A stretch of DNA of 64,000 nucleotides. It comes from Mobula hypostoma (taxonomy: Eukaryota). Position numbers and translations under genes: made by a program. The notes beneath the pieces are model-generated. The model ran no database searches, was not told where the DNA came from, and saw nothing but the letters and a program-made list of their open reading frames with translations. Below, one piece after another: positions 62,909-64,000 of the stretch (position 1 is its first letter; each line of letters begins with the position of its first letter). Location of the stretch: contig NC_086097.1 of the NCBI RefSeq assembly GCF_963921235.1, forward strand, positions 186,374,001 through 186,438,000, in the 5' to 3' direction.

Positions 62909-64000
62909 TCAGAATCAGAATCAGAATCAGGTTTATTATCACCAGCATGTGACATGAAATTTGTTAACTTAGCAGCAGCAGTTCAATGCAATACATAATC
63001 TAGCAGAGAGGAAAAAAAATAATAAATAAAATAAAACATAATAAATAAACAAGTAAATCAATTATGTATATTGAATAGATTATTTAAAAAATATGCAAAA
63101 AACAGAAATGTTGTATATTAAAAAAGTGAGGTAGTGTCCAAAGCTTCAATGTCCATTTAGGAATTGGATGGCAGAGGGGAAGAAGCTGTTCCTGAATTGC
63201 TGAGTGTGTGTCTTCAGTCTTCTCTATCTCCTACCTGATGGAAACAATGAGAAAAGGGCATGCCCTGGGTGCTGGAGGTCCTTAATAATGGACATTGCCT
63301 TTCTCAGACACCGCTCCTTAAAGATGTCCTGGGTACTTCGTAGACTAGTGCCCAAGATGGAGCTGACTAGACTTGCAAACTTCTGCAGCTTCTTTCAGTC
63401 CTGTGCAGTAGCCCCTCCATACCAGACAGTGATGCAGCCTGTCAGAATGCTCTCCACGGTACAACTATAGAATTTTTTGACTGTATTTGTTGACATGTCA
63501 AATCTCTTCAAACTCCTAATAAAGTATAGTCGCTATCTTGCCTTCCTTATGACTACATCAATATGGTGGGACCAGGTTAGATCCTCAGAGATTTTGACAC
63601 CCAGAAACTTGAAGCTGTTCACTCTCTCCACTTCTGATCCCCCTATAAGGATTGATATGTGTTCCTTCGTCTTACCCTTCTTGAAGTCCACAATTAGCTC
63701 TTTCGTCTTACTGACGTTGAGCGCCAGGTTGTTACTGTGGCACCATTCCACTAGTTGGCATGTCTCACTCTTGTACGCACTCTTGTCACCACCTGAGATT
63801 CTACCAATAATAGCTGTATCGTCAGAAAATTTGTAGATGATATTTGAGATATGCCTTGCCACACAGTCATGTGTATTGTATACAGAGCATAGAGCAGTGG
63901 GCTAAGCACATACCACTAAGGTGTGCCAGTGTTGATCGTCAACGAGGAGGACATGTTATCACCCATCTGCACGGACTGCAGTCTTCTGGTTAAGAAGTTG
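62909..64000 (-). mobile_element. Rex1/Babar LINE RT C-terminus and 3' tail; continues beyond the window
   Basis: IYKFSDDTAIIGRI...WCHSNNLALNVSKTKELIVDF...FKFLGVKISEDLTW; (TTCTGA)n tail at 62909-62929. Confidence 0.92.

Overview
Repeat-dominated vertebrate genomic DNA with no recognisable host protein-coding gene, rRNA, tRNA gene or CRISPR array. The repeat mix (CR1 LINEs, V-domain SINEs, Penelope-like elements, Rex1/Babar LINEs) suggests a cartilaginous fish, probably a ray; that is an inference. Nearly all long ORFs are decayed transposon proteins. There are four Gypsy-type elements: a sushi-like chromovirus (1-4923), two Mag-like elements (12116-15064, 53621-60613) and a SCAN-domain Gmr1-like element (23426-26539). 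Also present are two solo LTRs, many CR1 and Rex1 fragments, Tc1/mariner pieces, tRNA-derived SINEs and two bipartite RTE-derived elements. The most interesting layer is RNA structure inside the repeats. About ten copies of a minimal type I hammerhead ribozyme motif lie in Penelope pseudo-LTRs, three with an intact core, and a second hammerhead family forms a 179-bp palindrome at 9107-9285. Penelope 5' junctions show recurrent fold-back inversions, and the chromovirus LTR carries a Tf1/sushi-type self-priming signature. The few unique islands hold candidate regulatory motif clusters and two candidate non-coding exons. Boundaries of old repeats are approximate and family names come from motif recognition, not database searches.
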